A stretch of DNA of 62,169 bases from positions 1 through 62,169 of the IMG/VR virus record IMGVR_UViG_3300031696_000001. The stretch is one strand, 5' to 3'. The DNA comes from a virus (Duplodnaviria; Caudoviricetes). Below the pieces are notes generated by a model that saw only the letters and a list, made by a program, of their open reading frames with translations, had not been told where the DNA came from and searched no databases. The position numbers and the translations under genes were made by a program. Positions 15,318 to 24,735 of the stretch are shown here, in pieces; position 1 is the stretch's first letter; each line of letters begins with the position of its first letter.

Positions 15318-16898
15318 ATGCAAGAACAGGGATACGTACCTAAGGACCTTCACTTCGATGAGTCTGCTCGTGAAAAACTAATATCGGGAATCTCCAAAAT
15401 ATCTAATGCAGTTAAGAGTACTCTTGGGCCACAAGGGCAGACAGTGCTTATTGAATCTACAGAACATACTCAAGGATTAACAGTAACTAAAGATGGTGTT
15501 ACTGTAGCTAAGAGTATATTCCTTATTGATCCTGTAGAGAACTTAGCGGTTAGGATGATGAAGCAAGCTTCGGAGAAGACGGCTAACACCGCAGGTGATG
15601 GAACCACTACAGCAATTGTTTTGACTGAGGCATTAGTAAAGGCTGGTCAGAAGTATATTAGTAAAAAGGATAATACTATCCAGGTTGTTAGAGAGATTAG
15701 AGCTGCAGGGGATAAGCTATTAGAAAGAATTAAAAAAGAGTCAAGAGAGGTAACTGACGAAATGCTTGTAGATATTGCAACTATCTCTGCAAATAACGAC
15801 AAGGAGATTGGCGATATCATTGCTAAGGCATACAAAGAGGTTGGTAGAGATGGTATAGTTACTGTAGAGAGATCTCAAACTGATAAGACATATGCTGAGG
15901 TCACTAATGGTATAAAGGTTGATAGAGGGTATACTTCTACAATGTTCATTAATGACCAAAGAAAAGACGAGTGTATTTTGGAAGGGGTTAAGGTTCTCTT
16001 ATGCGATACTGAGATTACTAATATCCTGCAAATTGAGAATATACTTAAACCAATTATTAATTCTGGTGACAAATTACTGATCATAGGTAACTGTTCGACT
16101 AATGTTATTAATACTTTAGCTGCAAATGTGCAGCGTAATGGGTTAAAGTTCTGTAATATTATGGTACCATCCTTTGGATACAAGGCTCACGAGCTAATGC
16201 AAGACATCGCATTCTCTGTAGGAGCTAAATATTTTTCAGAACAAACAGGAGATGACTTATCTTTAATCAGAATGGAGGACTTAGGTATAGCTGATAAAGT
16301 TATAGTAGGTAAAGACTCTACCATTATTATTAAGGATGGTGAGATTACTAAGGAAATAGAGGATCGTGTAGAAGAGCTTAGAGTGCAGCAAACAACTTTA
16401 ACGGCAAAACATGAGCGTGAGTTTGTGAATGAGCGTATAGCGTCCTTAATTGGAGGTATAGGTTGTATTCAAGTAGGTGCTACATCAGACATTGAGCAAA
16501 AAGAAAAATTCGACAGAGTCGATGACTCTGTCTGTGCAGTGCGTTCTGCACTACAGGAAGGAATTGTAGCGGGAGGTGGGTTGTTATTATCTACTTTAGC
16601 TAAAGAGTTTAAGGGAGATAGTGCATGTGATAGAATATTAAAGGAAACTTTAGAAGCACCTATAGCACAGATATTAAAAAATGCAGGATTAGATGTTACT
16701 AAAATATATACTAAAGCATTAAAAGAAAATGAAGGTTATAATGTGGTTACTGGTGAATTTGGGGATATGTTTGAGATGGGTGTTATTGATCCTGCTAAGG
16801 TTACAATACAAGCCCTATCTAACGCAATCAGCGTTGCAACCACAATACTTACTACGAACGCTATTATTACTCATGCAAGAATTCATACCGATGCTTAA
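15318..16898 (+). CDS. groEL: phage-encoded chaperonin GroEL
   Basis: STLGPQG, VTKDGVTVAK, AGDGTTTA, GIVAGGG, GVIDPAKV; lacks the GGM tail. Confidence 0.96.
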   Translation: MQEQGYVPKDLHFDESAREKLISGISKISNAVKSTLGPQGQTVLIESTEHTQGLTVTKDGVTVAKSIFLIDPVENLAVRMMKQASEKTANTAGDGTTTAIVLTEALVKAGQKYISKKDNTIQVVREIRAAGDKLLERIKKESREVTDEMLVDIATISANNDKEIGDIIAKAYKEVGRDGIVTVERSQTDKTYAEVTNGIKVDRGYTSTMFINDQRKDECILEGVKVLLCDTEITNILQIENILKPIINSGDKLLIIGNCSTNVINTLAANVQRNGLKFCNIMVPSFGYKAHELMQDIAFSVGAKYFSEQTGDDLSLIRMEDLGIADKVIVGKDSTIIIKDGEITKEIEDRVEELRVQQTTLTAKHEREFVNERIASLIGGIGCIQVGATSDIEQKEKFDRVDDSVCAVRSALQEGIVAGGGLLLSTLAKEFKGDSACDRILKETLEAPIAQILKNAGLDVTKIYTKALKENEGYNVVTGEFGDMFEMGVIDPAKVTIQALSNAISVATTILTTNAIITHARIHTDA

Positions 16899-16983
16899 GT
16901 TTTTAAAAAGTTTATTTACTTTAAAGGAGAGTGGAAACCAAAGATTATTAAGAAAAATAAAAGAATATGAAACCAATAGGTAA
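16891..16983 (+). CDS. small hypothetical peptide (30 aa) between groEL and groES
   Basis: MLKFLKSLFTLK... overlaps both neighbours. Confidence 0.4.
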   Translation: MLKFLKSLFTLKESGNQRLLRKIKEYETNR

Positions 16984-17224
16984 GTACATTGTAATTAAAA
17001 TGATTAAAGAAGAGCTTAGAACTGAGTCTGGTCTTTTATTGTCTGCTCAAGATGCTTCAGAGTTTAGGTATAAAAAAGGAGAAGTAATTAAGGAAGGTAC
17101 TGATGTGAGTGTTATTACTACTGGAGATATAATTTACTATGATGCAGGAGCTGGTCATAATATGTTAATTGAAGAAAATCCTTACACCATTATTCAGGAG
17201 AGAGATGTCGTTGTTGTTTTATAA
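16967..17224 (+). CDS. groES: co-chaperonin GroES
   Basis: MKPIGKYIVI...TESGLLL...GEVIKEG...GDIIYY...IIQERDVV. Confidence 0.9.
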   Translation: MKPIGKYIVIKMIKEELRTESGLLLSAQDASEFRYKKGEVIKEGTDVSVITTGDIIYYDAGAGHNMLIEENPYTIIQERDVVVVL

Positions 17225-17663
17225 ATTCATTCATCTCTATAATCATATTTCTATAAACCTTATCCATATAAGAGGCATCATGTCTAAATAAAGGATTTGC
17301 CCTTGGTGTCTCACCAATCTCCTCTCCGTTAAGTTTCTTGTATATAGTATTTATAAGTCGCTTACCCTTATATGATAACTCATATAGAGTTGTTTCATTA
17401 CCCTGTCTCTTTCTCCAAACATGTATCCATCCTTCTTTAAGGAGCTCATGAAACCTGGACTCATCCCAAGACATACACTCTTCAAACTCTTTAAACTTTG
17501 TTTTATTGAATATTTGTTCGCTGTATAGAAAGAATAACATGTCTATAGCGGGAGTTCCGACTTTGTATTTGGCTTTAGCCCAATACCTTATCACCCTCCA
17601 GTACTTCATGTAATCATGAGAGGGTTGAACTCTATCGTAATTCTTACGTATTATATTAGCCAT
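17190..17663 (-). CDS. putative winged-helix DNA-binding regulator (likely start MANIIRK at 17663)
   Basis: Lone antisense gene in the late arm; RFHELLKEGWI...YELSYKGK resembles a MarR/wHTH wing. Confidence 0.65.
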   Translation of the reverse strand: MANIIRKNYDRVQPSHDYMKYWRVIRYWAKAKYKVGTPAIDMLFFLYSEQIFNKTKFKEFEECMSWDESRFHELLKEGWIHVWRKRQGNETTLYELSYKGKRLINTIYKKLNGEEIGETPRANPLFRHDASYMDKVYRNMIIEMNEFIKQQRHLSPE

Positions 17664-17676
17664 TAAATTTAATTTG

Positions 17677-17721
17677 TATCTTTGCAATACCAAAAGTAAT
17701 AAATAAATATTATTATCTTTG
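17677..17721. promoter_or_regulatory. overlapping divergent promoters
   Basis: Plus-strand TATCTTTG at 17677 and 17714; minus-strand TACTTTTG at 17691-17698. Confidence 0.55.
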
Positions 17722-17746
17722 TCAAAATATTAAAAAAAAATAAATC

Positions 17747-18151
17747 ATGGGAGTTAAAGTAAAACCAAGAGAAGGAGGTCCAAAAGTAAAAGTAAATTTA
17801 AATAGAAAAAAAACCATACCAATGGTTGGAGCCCCTGTTGTTAAGAAAAAGACTGTTGTTAAGAAAAAGACTGTGGTTAATAAAAAGCCTGTGGTTAAAA
17901 AAAAGCCTGTGGTTAAAAAAAAGCCTGTTCTTAAGAATAAAAACATTGTAGATACTAAGATGAAAAATGTAGTACCAATGGTTAAAAAGAAGGTGAGACA
18001 AAAAATAAAGAATATTAAAAATTCTACTCCTAAACAGTTAGTTAAAAAATCAATTAATGCCGTTACAAGTAAGGTTAAAAAATATTACATTAAACCAACC
18101 ATTCGTAGAGCAAAAGCTTTAAAGAGTTTATACGGAAGAATAACAAAATAA
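17747..18151 (+). CDS. Lys-rich histone-H1-like basic protein
   Basis: Six (P/T)VVKKK-type hexapeptide repeats. Confidence 0.7.
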   Translation: MGVKVKPREGGPKVKVNLNRKKTIPMVGAPVVKKKTVVKKKTVVNKKPVVKKKPVVKKKPVLKNKNIVDTKMKNVVPMVKKKVRQKIKNIKNSTPKQLVKKSINAVTSKVKKYYIKPTIRRAKALKSLYGRITK

Positions 18152-18351
18152 TGAAAAAGCAAGGTTATAACGCAAGACTTGATGACTCTTTAGGATCAAA
18201 GCATAAAGGATCACACTCACAGTCTATGAAGTCAAGAAGAAATGAGTCTAAGGCTATGTCTAAAAAGATGTATGGACATGAATACGGTGGAGACTATAGT
18301 ATGAAGTATGAAGGTACTAAGAAGGAAAATACTAAGAATATTAGAAAATAA
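18151..18351 (+). CDS. small basic protein
   Basis: MKKQGYNARLDDSLG...SMKSRRNESKAM. Confidence 0.75.
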   Translation: MKKQGYNARLDDSLGSKHKGSHSQSMKSRRNESKAMSKKMYGHEYGGDYSMKYEGTKKENTKNIRK

Positions 18352-18548
18352 TGGCTGGTAGAACTAAAAAGAAATTCCCACAAATTAAAAAGTCTAATGA
18401 AGGCAAGTTTACTAAGTGGGCAATGAATAACGGATTCAAAGATGCGTGTAGTGGTGCTTCTGCTGTAATGAAAAATACAAGTAATTATTCTAAGTCAGTA
18501 GTAGAAATGGCAAACTATGCTAAGAACTTTGGATGTAAAACAAAATAA
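18351..18548 (+). CDS. small basic protein
   Basis: IKKSNEGKFTKWA...MANYAKNF. Confidence 0.75.
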   Translation: MAGRTKKKFPQIKKSNEGKFTKWAMNNGFKDACSGASAVMKNTSNYSKSVVEMANYAKNFGCKTK

Positions 18549-18549
18549 T

Positions 18550-18648
18550 ATGATTAAAGAAATTAAATGTAAATGGAACTCGTTATTGAATATGTTAATG
18601 TTTGATACAGATAAATGCCCTTACAAAACCTGTACTTGTAAAAAGTAA
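18550..18648 (+). CDS. small Cys-rich peptide (32 aa)
   Basis: MIKEIKCKWN...CPYKTCTCKK fills the gap exactly. Confidence 0.5.
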   Translation: MIKEIKCKWNSLLNMLMFDTDKCPYKTCTCKK

Positions 18649-18650
18649 TT

Positions 18651-18833
18651 ATGAAAAGAACTCGAATAGAACCAAAATCAAAAGGCTTAGGAGATACTAT
18701 AGAAAGATTTACCAGAGCTACAGGAGTAAAAAAAGTAGTAGACACAGTAGTAGAGGCAACAGGCAGTAAGGGATGCGGTTGTGGTGCAAGAAAAGATAAT
18801 CTTAATAGAATGTTCCCTTACAAAAATAAATAA
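18651..18833 (+). CDS. conserved small phage protein
   Basis: SKGLGDTIERFTRATG...GCGCGARKDNLNRMFPY. Confidence 0.8.
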   Translation: MKRTRIEPKSKGLGDTIERFTRATGVKKVVDTVVEATGSKGCGCGARKDNLNRMFPYKNK

Positions 18834-18837
18834 AAAA

Positions 18838-19365
18838 ATGGCATATCAAAAATTACAAACCAGAGAAGCTTTAGCAGTAATAACATCAGATGATGTTCGT
18901 ATACCTGATCCTAACACAGTTGTTGTATTAGATACGGCTACAGGAGCTACAGTAGGTGCAGCTGCATTTAATGTTGCAAATACATTAACAGATGTAGGTA
19001 CTGAGTTTTTATCTGCAGGTATAAGCACAGGGGCTATTGTATATAACACTACAGCAGGAAAGGCATACCATGTTGTATCTGTGGATAGTAACACTCAGAT
19101 TACTTTATCTGGATCTACTGCAGGAGGTGCTACTGATTCATATAGTATTTATACTAAACCTACAATTGGATGTACTCTATTTGTTGGTACAACAGGTAAT
19201 GTTAGAGTTCAGATGGCACAACAAAATGGAAACACTTCAACAGCAGCAACACCAGCTAATGAGGCGGTAACCTACAAAAATATTGCAGACGGATCTTTCT
19301 TGCCAATACAGGTAGTTAGGGTAGATGATAATACTACCGCTACTGATATTATAGCAATGTGGTAA
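18838..19365 (+). CDS. putative virion structural protein (start MAYQKLQ at 18838)
   Basis: Thr/Ala/Gly-rich; C-terminus GSFLPIQVVRV...TTATDIIAMW. Confidence 0.7.
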   Translation: MAYQKLQTREALAVITSDDVRIPDPNTVVVLDTATGATVGAAAFNVANTLTDVGTEFLSAGISTGAIVYNTTAGKAYHVVSVDSNTQITLSGSTAGGATDSYSIYTKPTIGCTLFVGTTGNVRVQMAQQNGNTSTAATPANEAVTYKNIADGSFLPIQVVRVDDNTTATDIIAMW

Positions 19366-19435
19366 TATGAATTGGATACAAACAAGCACATTAATTGAAG
19401 AGATAATATATATTTCTACTTCTACCAAATAAAAA

Positions 19436-19591
19436 ATGACTAAAGAATTGAAAGATACAGTAGAAGTAATCGCTGCCAATGGAGGAGCGTTAGGATTAAC
19501 ATTAGTACAGTGTAATGAAATGCTTCAATTTATTTCACTTACACTCGCAATAGGATTTACACTTTATAAGTTTATTAAGAAAACAAAGTAA
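19436..19591 (+). CDS. putative holin (51 aa)
   Basis: Hydrophobic segments and basic C-terminus, directly upstream of the endolysin. Confidence 0.55.
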   Translation: MTKELKDTVEVIAANGGALGLTLVQCNEMLQFISLTLAIGFTLYKFIKKTK

Positions 19592-19593
19592 TC

Positions 19594-19959
19594 ATGAAAT
19601 ATTTTACCTTACAGGAATTTGATTCCTCTGATAAGCCAGGCTCAGGTAAATATATGGATGATGATTTCTTAGAGATGTTAGATTGTGCTCGTGAAGAAGC
19701 ACAGATTCCTTTTAAAATTAATAGTGGGTTTCGTACTGAAGCTAAGAATAATGATATCTATAAGGGTTTAGGTAAGGATCCAGTTAGATCTTCTCATTTA
19801 AAAGGATATGCAGCGGATATACACTGCACTAATTCAAAACACAGATCAATAATAGTTAGAGCTTTAATTAATGTCGGTTATACAAGATTGGGGATTGCAA
19901 AATCATTCATACATGTAGACAACGATCCTGATAAGTCTGACGCAATTTGGTTATATTAA
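19594..19959 (+). CDS. endolysin, peptidase M15 family
   Basis: INSGFR...SSHLKGYAADI...FIHVD zinc motif. Confidence 0.88.
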   Translation: MKYFTLQEFDSSDKPGSGKYMDDDFLEMLDCAREEAQIPFKINSGFRTEAKNNDIYKGLGKDPVRSSHLKGYAADIHCTNSKHRSIIVRALINVGYTRLGIAKSFIHVDNDPDKSDAIWLY

Positions 19960-19960
19960 T

Positions 19961-20215
19961 ATGGCAACTCCAAGAAAGGGAAAGGCTAAAGTAAAAATTA
20001 CCTCAACAGGTAAGAGGATTAGTTATGGTCAGGCAGGAAAAGCTAAAGGAGGTGGTCCGAGAGTTAAACCAGGAACGTCAAAAGGAGATGCTTATTGTGC
20101 AAGAAGCTATGGAATAAAAATGGGATTACCTATAGGTAAAAGAAATGATCCTAACACACCTAATAACTTATCTCGTAAGAGGTGGGGGTGTGTAGGTAAA
20201 AAATCAAGACGATGA
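19961..20215 (+). CDS. small basic protein
   Basis: ISYGQAG...GDAYCARS...NNLSRKRWGC. Confidence 0.75.
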   Translation: MATPRKGKAKVKITSTGKRISYGQAGKAKGGGPRVKPGTSKGDAYCARSYGIKMGLPIGKRNDPNTPNNLSRKRWGCVGKKSRR

Positions 20216-20619
20216 TAAAAAATATATTAGGAGGTTTGTTTGGTAAGGTTGTTGAGCATGCTGAAGGAATATTAGATGAGATTATTACTACAGATGAGGA
20301 GAGAGATAGAGCGAAGCTTGCTATAAAAAAAATTATGTTGGATGCCGAAAGAGAGGCTTTCAATAAAGAAGTAGAAGACCGAAAGGATGCAAGGTCATTA
20401 TATAAGGACGATGCTATTATTCAAAAAATATTAGCAGCACTTTTTACCTTAGGATACTTTGCACTTACCTACACTATGTTTAAGTATTTCGTTCTCCACG
20501 AAGTTATTTTATCTGAATATGAGATAGGATTTATATCTACTGTATTTGGGGCTATGTCCGCTAAGGTCAATACAATTATAGACTTTTTCTTTGGAGGTAG
20601 TAGTAAGCAAAATAAATAA
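20212..20619 (+). CDS. membrane protein, holin-of-3TMs-like
   Basis: N-terminal amphipathic helix, coiled segment, two TM helices, FFFGGSS. Confidence 0.65.
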   Translation: MIKNILGGLFGKVVEHAEGILDEIITTDEERDRAKLAIKKIMLDAEREAFNKEVEDRKDARSLYKDDAIIQKILAALFTLGYFALTYTMFKYFVLHEVILSEYEIGFISTVFGAMSAKVNTIIDFFFGGSSKQNK

Positions 20620-20640
20620 AACATATTCCAATCTTTTTAT

Positions 20641-20648
20641 TATCTTTG
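20641..20648 (+). promoter_or_regulatory. -7 box TATCTTTG
   Basis: TTTTTATTATCTTTGT upstream of 20681. Confidence 0.65.
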
Positions 20649-20680
20649 TAAAAAATTAATTATTAATAAAATCTATTAAA

Positions 20681-20935
20681 ATGAAAAAGATCGAAGAACA
20701 AGAGTTAGCACAATTACAAGAATTAAATAATGAATTTTCTAAATTAAAAACCAATTTAGGGGATTTAGAATTACAGAAGCATGGTATTTGCTTAAGAGTA
20801 GAAGGAATAAAAAGTGAATTTCAAATTTGCGAAAAATCTTTAATGGAAAAGTATGGTGATAACTCTGTAATTAACTTAGAGACTGGAGAGGTAAAAGAAA
20901 AAGAAGAAGAAGCTGAAGTAATAGAGAGTAAGTAA
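20681..20935 (+). CDS. coiled-coil hypothetical protein
   Basis: ...LMEKYGDNSVINLETGEV. Confidence 0.8.
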   Translation: MKKIEEQELAQLQELNNEFSKLKTNLGDLELQKHGICLRVEGIKSEFQICEKSLMEKYGDNSVINLETGEVKEKEEEAEVIESK

Positions 20936-20941
20936 AACTTA

Positions 20942-21697
20942 ATGAGAATTCAAACATACCCTATAGCTGCAGATATAAAAACTGGAGATAAGTGGATTGG
21001 AACTAAAGAAGGAACCAATGCTACTAAAAATTTCTCTGTTAAAGAAGTCATTGATTTTTTAAATGAAACTTCATCTGTTGATTCTCAAACTTTAAGGTAT
21101 AAGTTTCAATTTTTAAATTTATCTGGAGTAGGGCCTGATCTTGTAAGGGAAAAAGGAACAATATCTTTTAAGCCACAACTACCAGCACCTCCAGGTAAAA
21201 CAATATCGTTAAATTCTGATTTAGAGATTCTTCTTAGTAATTATTCTCTAAAGTATCTATCTCAGCCATTATCTCCAGACATATCTTCTTTTTATACTAA
21301 ATTAATTGATTCACGTGTTTTTTTAACTAATACAGAGGATATCACTCAATTTGGAGTTTATACTTGGGCTAATGCTGTTCAAAATGCAGCAGAACCTAAT
21401 TTTACTGACGTAAGTTTAACTAAAATACAAGGTCAAGGTGACCTTATAGCGGGTAAACAATATTTCATATCTTTGCTGCAATGGGATCCAGCTAATGATA
21501 CAGATAAAAATTTCGTTTTTGATCAAGCAATACCTTCTGCAGTATGGACGGTACAGCATAATTTAAATAAATTTTGTTCTGTTACAGTAGTAAATTCCTT
21601 TGATGAAACAGTTTTTGGCAACGTAGAATATATAGATAAAAATAATTTAACAATAACATTTGCATCTCCTTTTTCTGGAGAAGCATTTTGTAACTAA
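20942..21697 (+). CDS. putative tail/fibre-associated structural protein
   Basis: MRIQTYP...DKWIGT...TKNF N-terminus; C-terminal WTVQHNLN...FSGEAFCN module. Confidence 0.7.
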   Translation: MRIQTYPIAADIKTGDKWIGTKEGTNATKNFSVKEVIDFLNETSSVDSQTLRYKFQFLNLSGVGPDLVREKGTISFKPQLPAPPGKTISLNSDLEILLSNYSLKYLSQPLSPDISSFYTKLIDSRVFLTNTEDITQFGVYTWANAVQNAAEPNFTDVSLTKIQGQGDLIAGKQYFISLLQWDPANDTDKNFVFDQAIPSAVWTVQHNLNKFCSVTVVNSFDETVFGNVEYIDKNNLTITFASPFSGEAFCN

Positions 21698-21709
21698 CAA
21701 AAAAAGATA

Positions 21710-23605
21710 ATGGCAATTAAGTTTTTAGACAATTTAGACCTAACAGGACTACAAATAACCAAAGTAAGACTACAAAACTCAGCAGGTACTCCTGGAACAA
21801 ATCTTGGTGGAGGACAAATAGTATATGATTCAACTGCGGGTACTATAAAGTACTACGATGATGTAACTAATGCTTGGATTGAGTTAGATGGGGAAGGTTC
21901 TGGTGGTACAGTTACCTCTGTTGGTGGAGGTACCTCTACATTTGTTACCAATACAGTTACTAATGGTTCATCTAATGCAGTATTAACGTCTACATTAAGT
22001 GCTACTGGAACTCCAAATTCAACAACTTTCTTAAGAGGTGATAACAGTTGGGCAACTATCCCAGCAGCAATGAGTTTTTCTATCTCGGATGGATCTGCTT
22101 CTTATACTGTTACTCAAGGGGATACTGTTACGTTATCAAGTCCAAATAGTACAATATCTATAAGTGCAGCAGTAGCTGACACAATAAAGCTTGACTTAAC
22201 AGCTTCAGGAGTAACAGCAGGAGCTTATACTTCAGCAAATATTACAGTAGATACTTTTGGTAGAGTTACAGCAGCCTCTTCAAGTGGTGGAGGAACAATG
22301 ACATCATGGAAAATTGGTTCAACAAGTGGTGCTGATCAAACAGTTAGTAATGGTGAGGTAGTTGATGTTGTTGGTGGAACAGCAATATCAGGAACTATAG
22401 CTGGTACTCGAACTGTAACTCTTAATCATGATGCATTTGGTACAGCAGCAACATTCGCTTATCCATCTTCAGTTACAACTAATAGTACTGGTCACATAAC
22501 TTCTATAACTGCAGGTTCTGCTCCAGGGACAATGTCAAGTTTTACATTAACTGGTGATACTGGTACTTCTCAGACTGTAGGTAACGGACAAACGGTAAGT
22601 TTACTGGGTTCTGTAGGAATAGACACAGTGGTTAGTAATACAGATACTGTAACAGTTAACTTAGACTTAAACGAATTAGTTACAACATCAACATGGACTC
22701 AAGCTTCTGATTTTTTAACTGTAGTTGATGGAGGTAATAATAGAAAAATATTATCAGGTAATATCCCAATAAATGATTGGGGAACTGCTGATGGTAATAT
22801 TTCAATGGATGGAAATAAATTTACAGGGCTTGGAGCTGGTACTGCTGGTAGTGATTCAGTTAATTTATCACAAGTTCAAGCTTTAGTTGCAGGTGTTGGT
22901 GTATTCCAAGGAGCATATAATGCAACTACTAACTCTCCAGCATTAACTGGAAGTAGTAATGTGGCTCTTACAACAGGTGATTACTTTGTTGTATCAGTAG
23001 ACGGTACTAATGCAGTATTAGGAACACTTGAAGTTGGTGATTTAATATTTGCTAATAATAATATTGCAGCGAATTCTTCTCCAGCTATTGCTAATTATAC
23101 AGTAGTAATTCAAGACGCAAACATTGCAGGTGCAGGATCGACAGATGGAGGTACTGAAAAAGGTGTTGCTGGATTTGACTCTGCAAACTTTACTGTATCG
23201 GCTAATGGATGGGTTCAATTAGGAACTTCAGGCGTAACTGCTGGTGTTTACGGATCAGCTTCATCAGTTGGAAAATTCACTGTAGATGCTGAAGGGTTAA
23301 TAACATTAGCATCAAATCAAGCAATAGATATAGCAGCATCACAGGTTCAGAACTTTTGTACTGAGGTTGAATCATGTATCTCAACTGCTACAACTAAAAA
23401 CGGAATTCTTGGAGCTGGAACTTCCTTTCCAATTACTCATAATTTTGGAACAAGAGCGGTTCAGGTAGAGGTGTACTTAAATAGTGGTAATTACGATACT
23501 GTTTATGCAAGGGTAATAAGACAATCTGTAAATGCAATAACAATTACGGTAGCAGCGTCAGTAACGGCAAATACATTAGCATATAGTATAATTAAAGCAG
23601 CATAA
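21710..23605 (+). CDS. tail fibre-like protein
   Basis: G/T/S-rich; GVTAGAY...VDTFGRVT and FLRGD repeats. Confidence 0.75.
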   Translation: MAIKFLDNLDLTGLQITKVRLQNSAGTPGTNLGGGQIVYDSTAGTIKYYDDVTNAWIELDGEGSGGTVTSVGGGTSTFVTNTVTNGSSNAVLTSTLSATGTPNSTTFLRGDNSWATIPAAMSFSISDGSASYTVTQGDTVTLSSPNSTISISAAVADTIKLDLTASGVTAGAYTSANITVDTFGRVTAASSSGGGTMTSWKIGSTSGADQTVSNGEVVDVVGGTAISGTIAGTRTVTLNHDAFGTAATFAYPSSVTTNSTGHITSITAGSAPGTMSSFTLTGDTGTSQTVGNGQTVSLLGSVGIDTVVSNTDTVTVNLDLNELVTTSTWTQASDFLTVVDGGNNRKILSGNIPINDWGTADGNISMDGNKFTGLGAGTAGSDSVNLSQVQALVAGVGVFQGAYNATTNSPALTGSSNVALTTGDYFVVSVDGTNAVLGTLEVGDLIFANNNIAANSSPAIANYTVVIQDANIAGAGSTDGGTEKGVAGFDSANFTVSANGWVQLGTSGVTAGVYGSASSVGKFTVDAEGLITLASNQAIDIAASQVQNFCTEVESCISTATTKNGILGAGTSFPITHNFGTRAVQVEVYLNSGNYDTVYARVIRQSVNAITITVAASVTANTLAYSIIKAA

Positions 23606-23618
23606 ATAAATTTAAATA

Positions 23619-24698
23619 ATGGCAATAGTATTTAAGGATGATATTGAAGTGCCAGATATACAGGTTGGCGGATTAGCTTTAGGAACTTTAGCATTCTCAA
23701 GCGCTACAATTCCTACTAATAACAATCAAATAACCAATGGAGCTGGTTATGTAACTTCAAGCGGAAACACAACTATAGGTATTAATCAAAATAATACTCT
23801 TAACACTTCTACTGTATTTGCAACTTTAAACTTTACAAATGGTGTAGCTACATCTGCAACAACAAGAACTCTAACACTTGGAAACCTTGGATTTACAGGA
23901 GCAACTAATGCTAATTATATAACTAATAATAATCAGTTAAGTAACGGTGCTGGTTATACTACAAATACAGGAACAGTTACAGCAGTAACGGGTACATCTC
24001 CTGTTGTATCATCAGGAGGCACAACTCCAGCAATTTCAATGCCAGCTGCAACTTCATCAGCTAATGGTTACTTAACAAGTGCTGATTGGCAACTTTTTAA
24101 TAATAAGACTTCTAATGTAGGTACTATTACTAATGTTATTGCGGGATCAGGATTGAGTGGCGGAGGAACATCTGGTGCAGTTACACTAAACGCAACAGGT
24201 CCGTCAGGAGATAAAGGATCTTTTTATCCTACATCAACGCAATCAATTGGTTCTGGAGGTTCTGTGTTATCAAGAACAACATTATTATTACCAGGAAATA
24301 GTATTGTTGCTGTAAATATGTCATCTAATTCAAATGGAAATGAAATTACAGTTGATAATACACAAACTATAGAAATTAATTTAAATTTTGCAAGTATTGC
24401 AAGTACAAATCCTAATAGAATATTAGCCGCAGCTGTTGTTCAGAAACTAAATGATTCAGGAGAAAGGTGGGAAGATATACAAGGAACAGAGGTTTATAAT
24501 TATGATAGAGGAGTTGGTCAAGCCAGCTCATCATATGGGTATATATATGCGGGAAGTGGTTCAAGCACTGTTTTAGAAGATATAGAACAAGAAAGTTCTA
24601 AATTTAGGGTACAATTTTGGATAGAAGGTAGAGCTTCAACAGGAACGGGGATCACAACTGTTATTACTGGATGTCGACTATCAATAAAAGGAGTATAG
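23619..24698 (+). CDS. tail fibre-like protein
   Basis: TNNNQ(I/L)xNGAGY repeats; AGSGLSGGGTSGAVTLN. Confidence 0.75.
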   Translation: MAIVFKDDIEVPDIQVGGLALGTLAFSSATIPTNNNQITNGAGYVTSSGNTTIGINQNNTLNTSTVFATLNFTNGVATSATTRTLTLGNLGFTGATNANYITNNNQLSNGAGYTTNTGTVTAVTGTSPVVSSGGTTPAISMPAATSSANGYLTSADWQLFNNKTSNVGTITNVIAGSGLSGGGTSGAVTLNATGPSGDKGSFYPTSTQSIGSGGSVLSRTTLLLPGNSIVAVNMSSNSNGNEITVDNTQTIEINLNFASIASTNPNRILAAAVVQKLNDSGERWEDIQGTEVYNYDRGVGQASSSYGYIYAGSGSSTVLEDIEQESSKFRVQFWIEGRASTGTGITTVITGCRLSIKGV

Positions 24699-24713
24699 TA
24701 AATTTATTTTTAT

Positions 24714-24721
24714 TATCTTTG
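24714..24721 (+). promoter_or_regulatory. -7 box TATCTTTG
   Basis: TTTTTATTATCTTTGT, 14 nt before ATG. Confidence 0.65.
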
Positions 24722-24735
24722 TAAAAAACTAAGTA

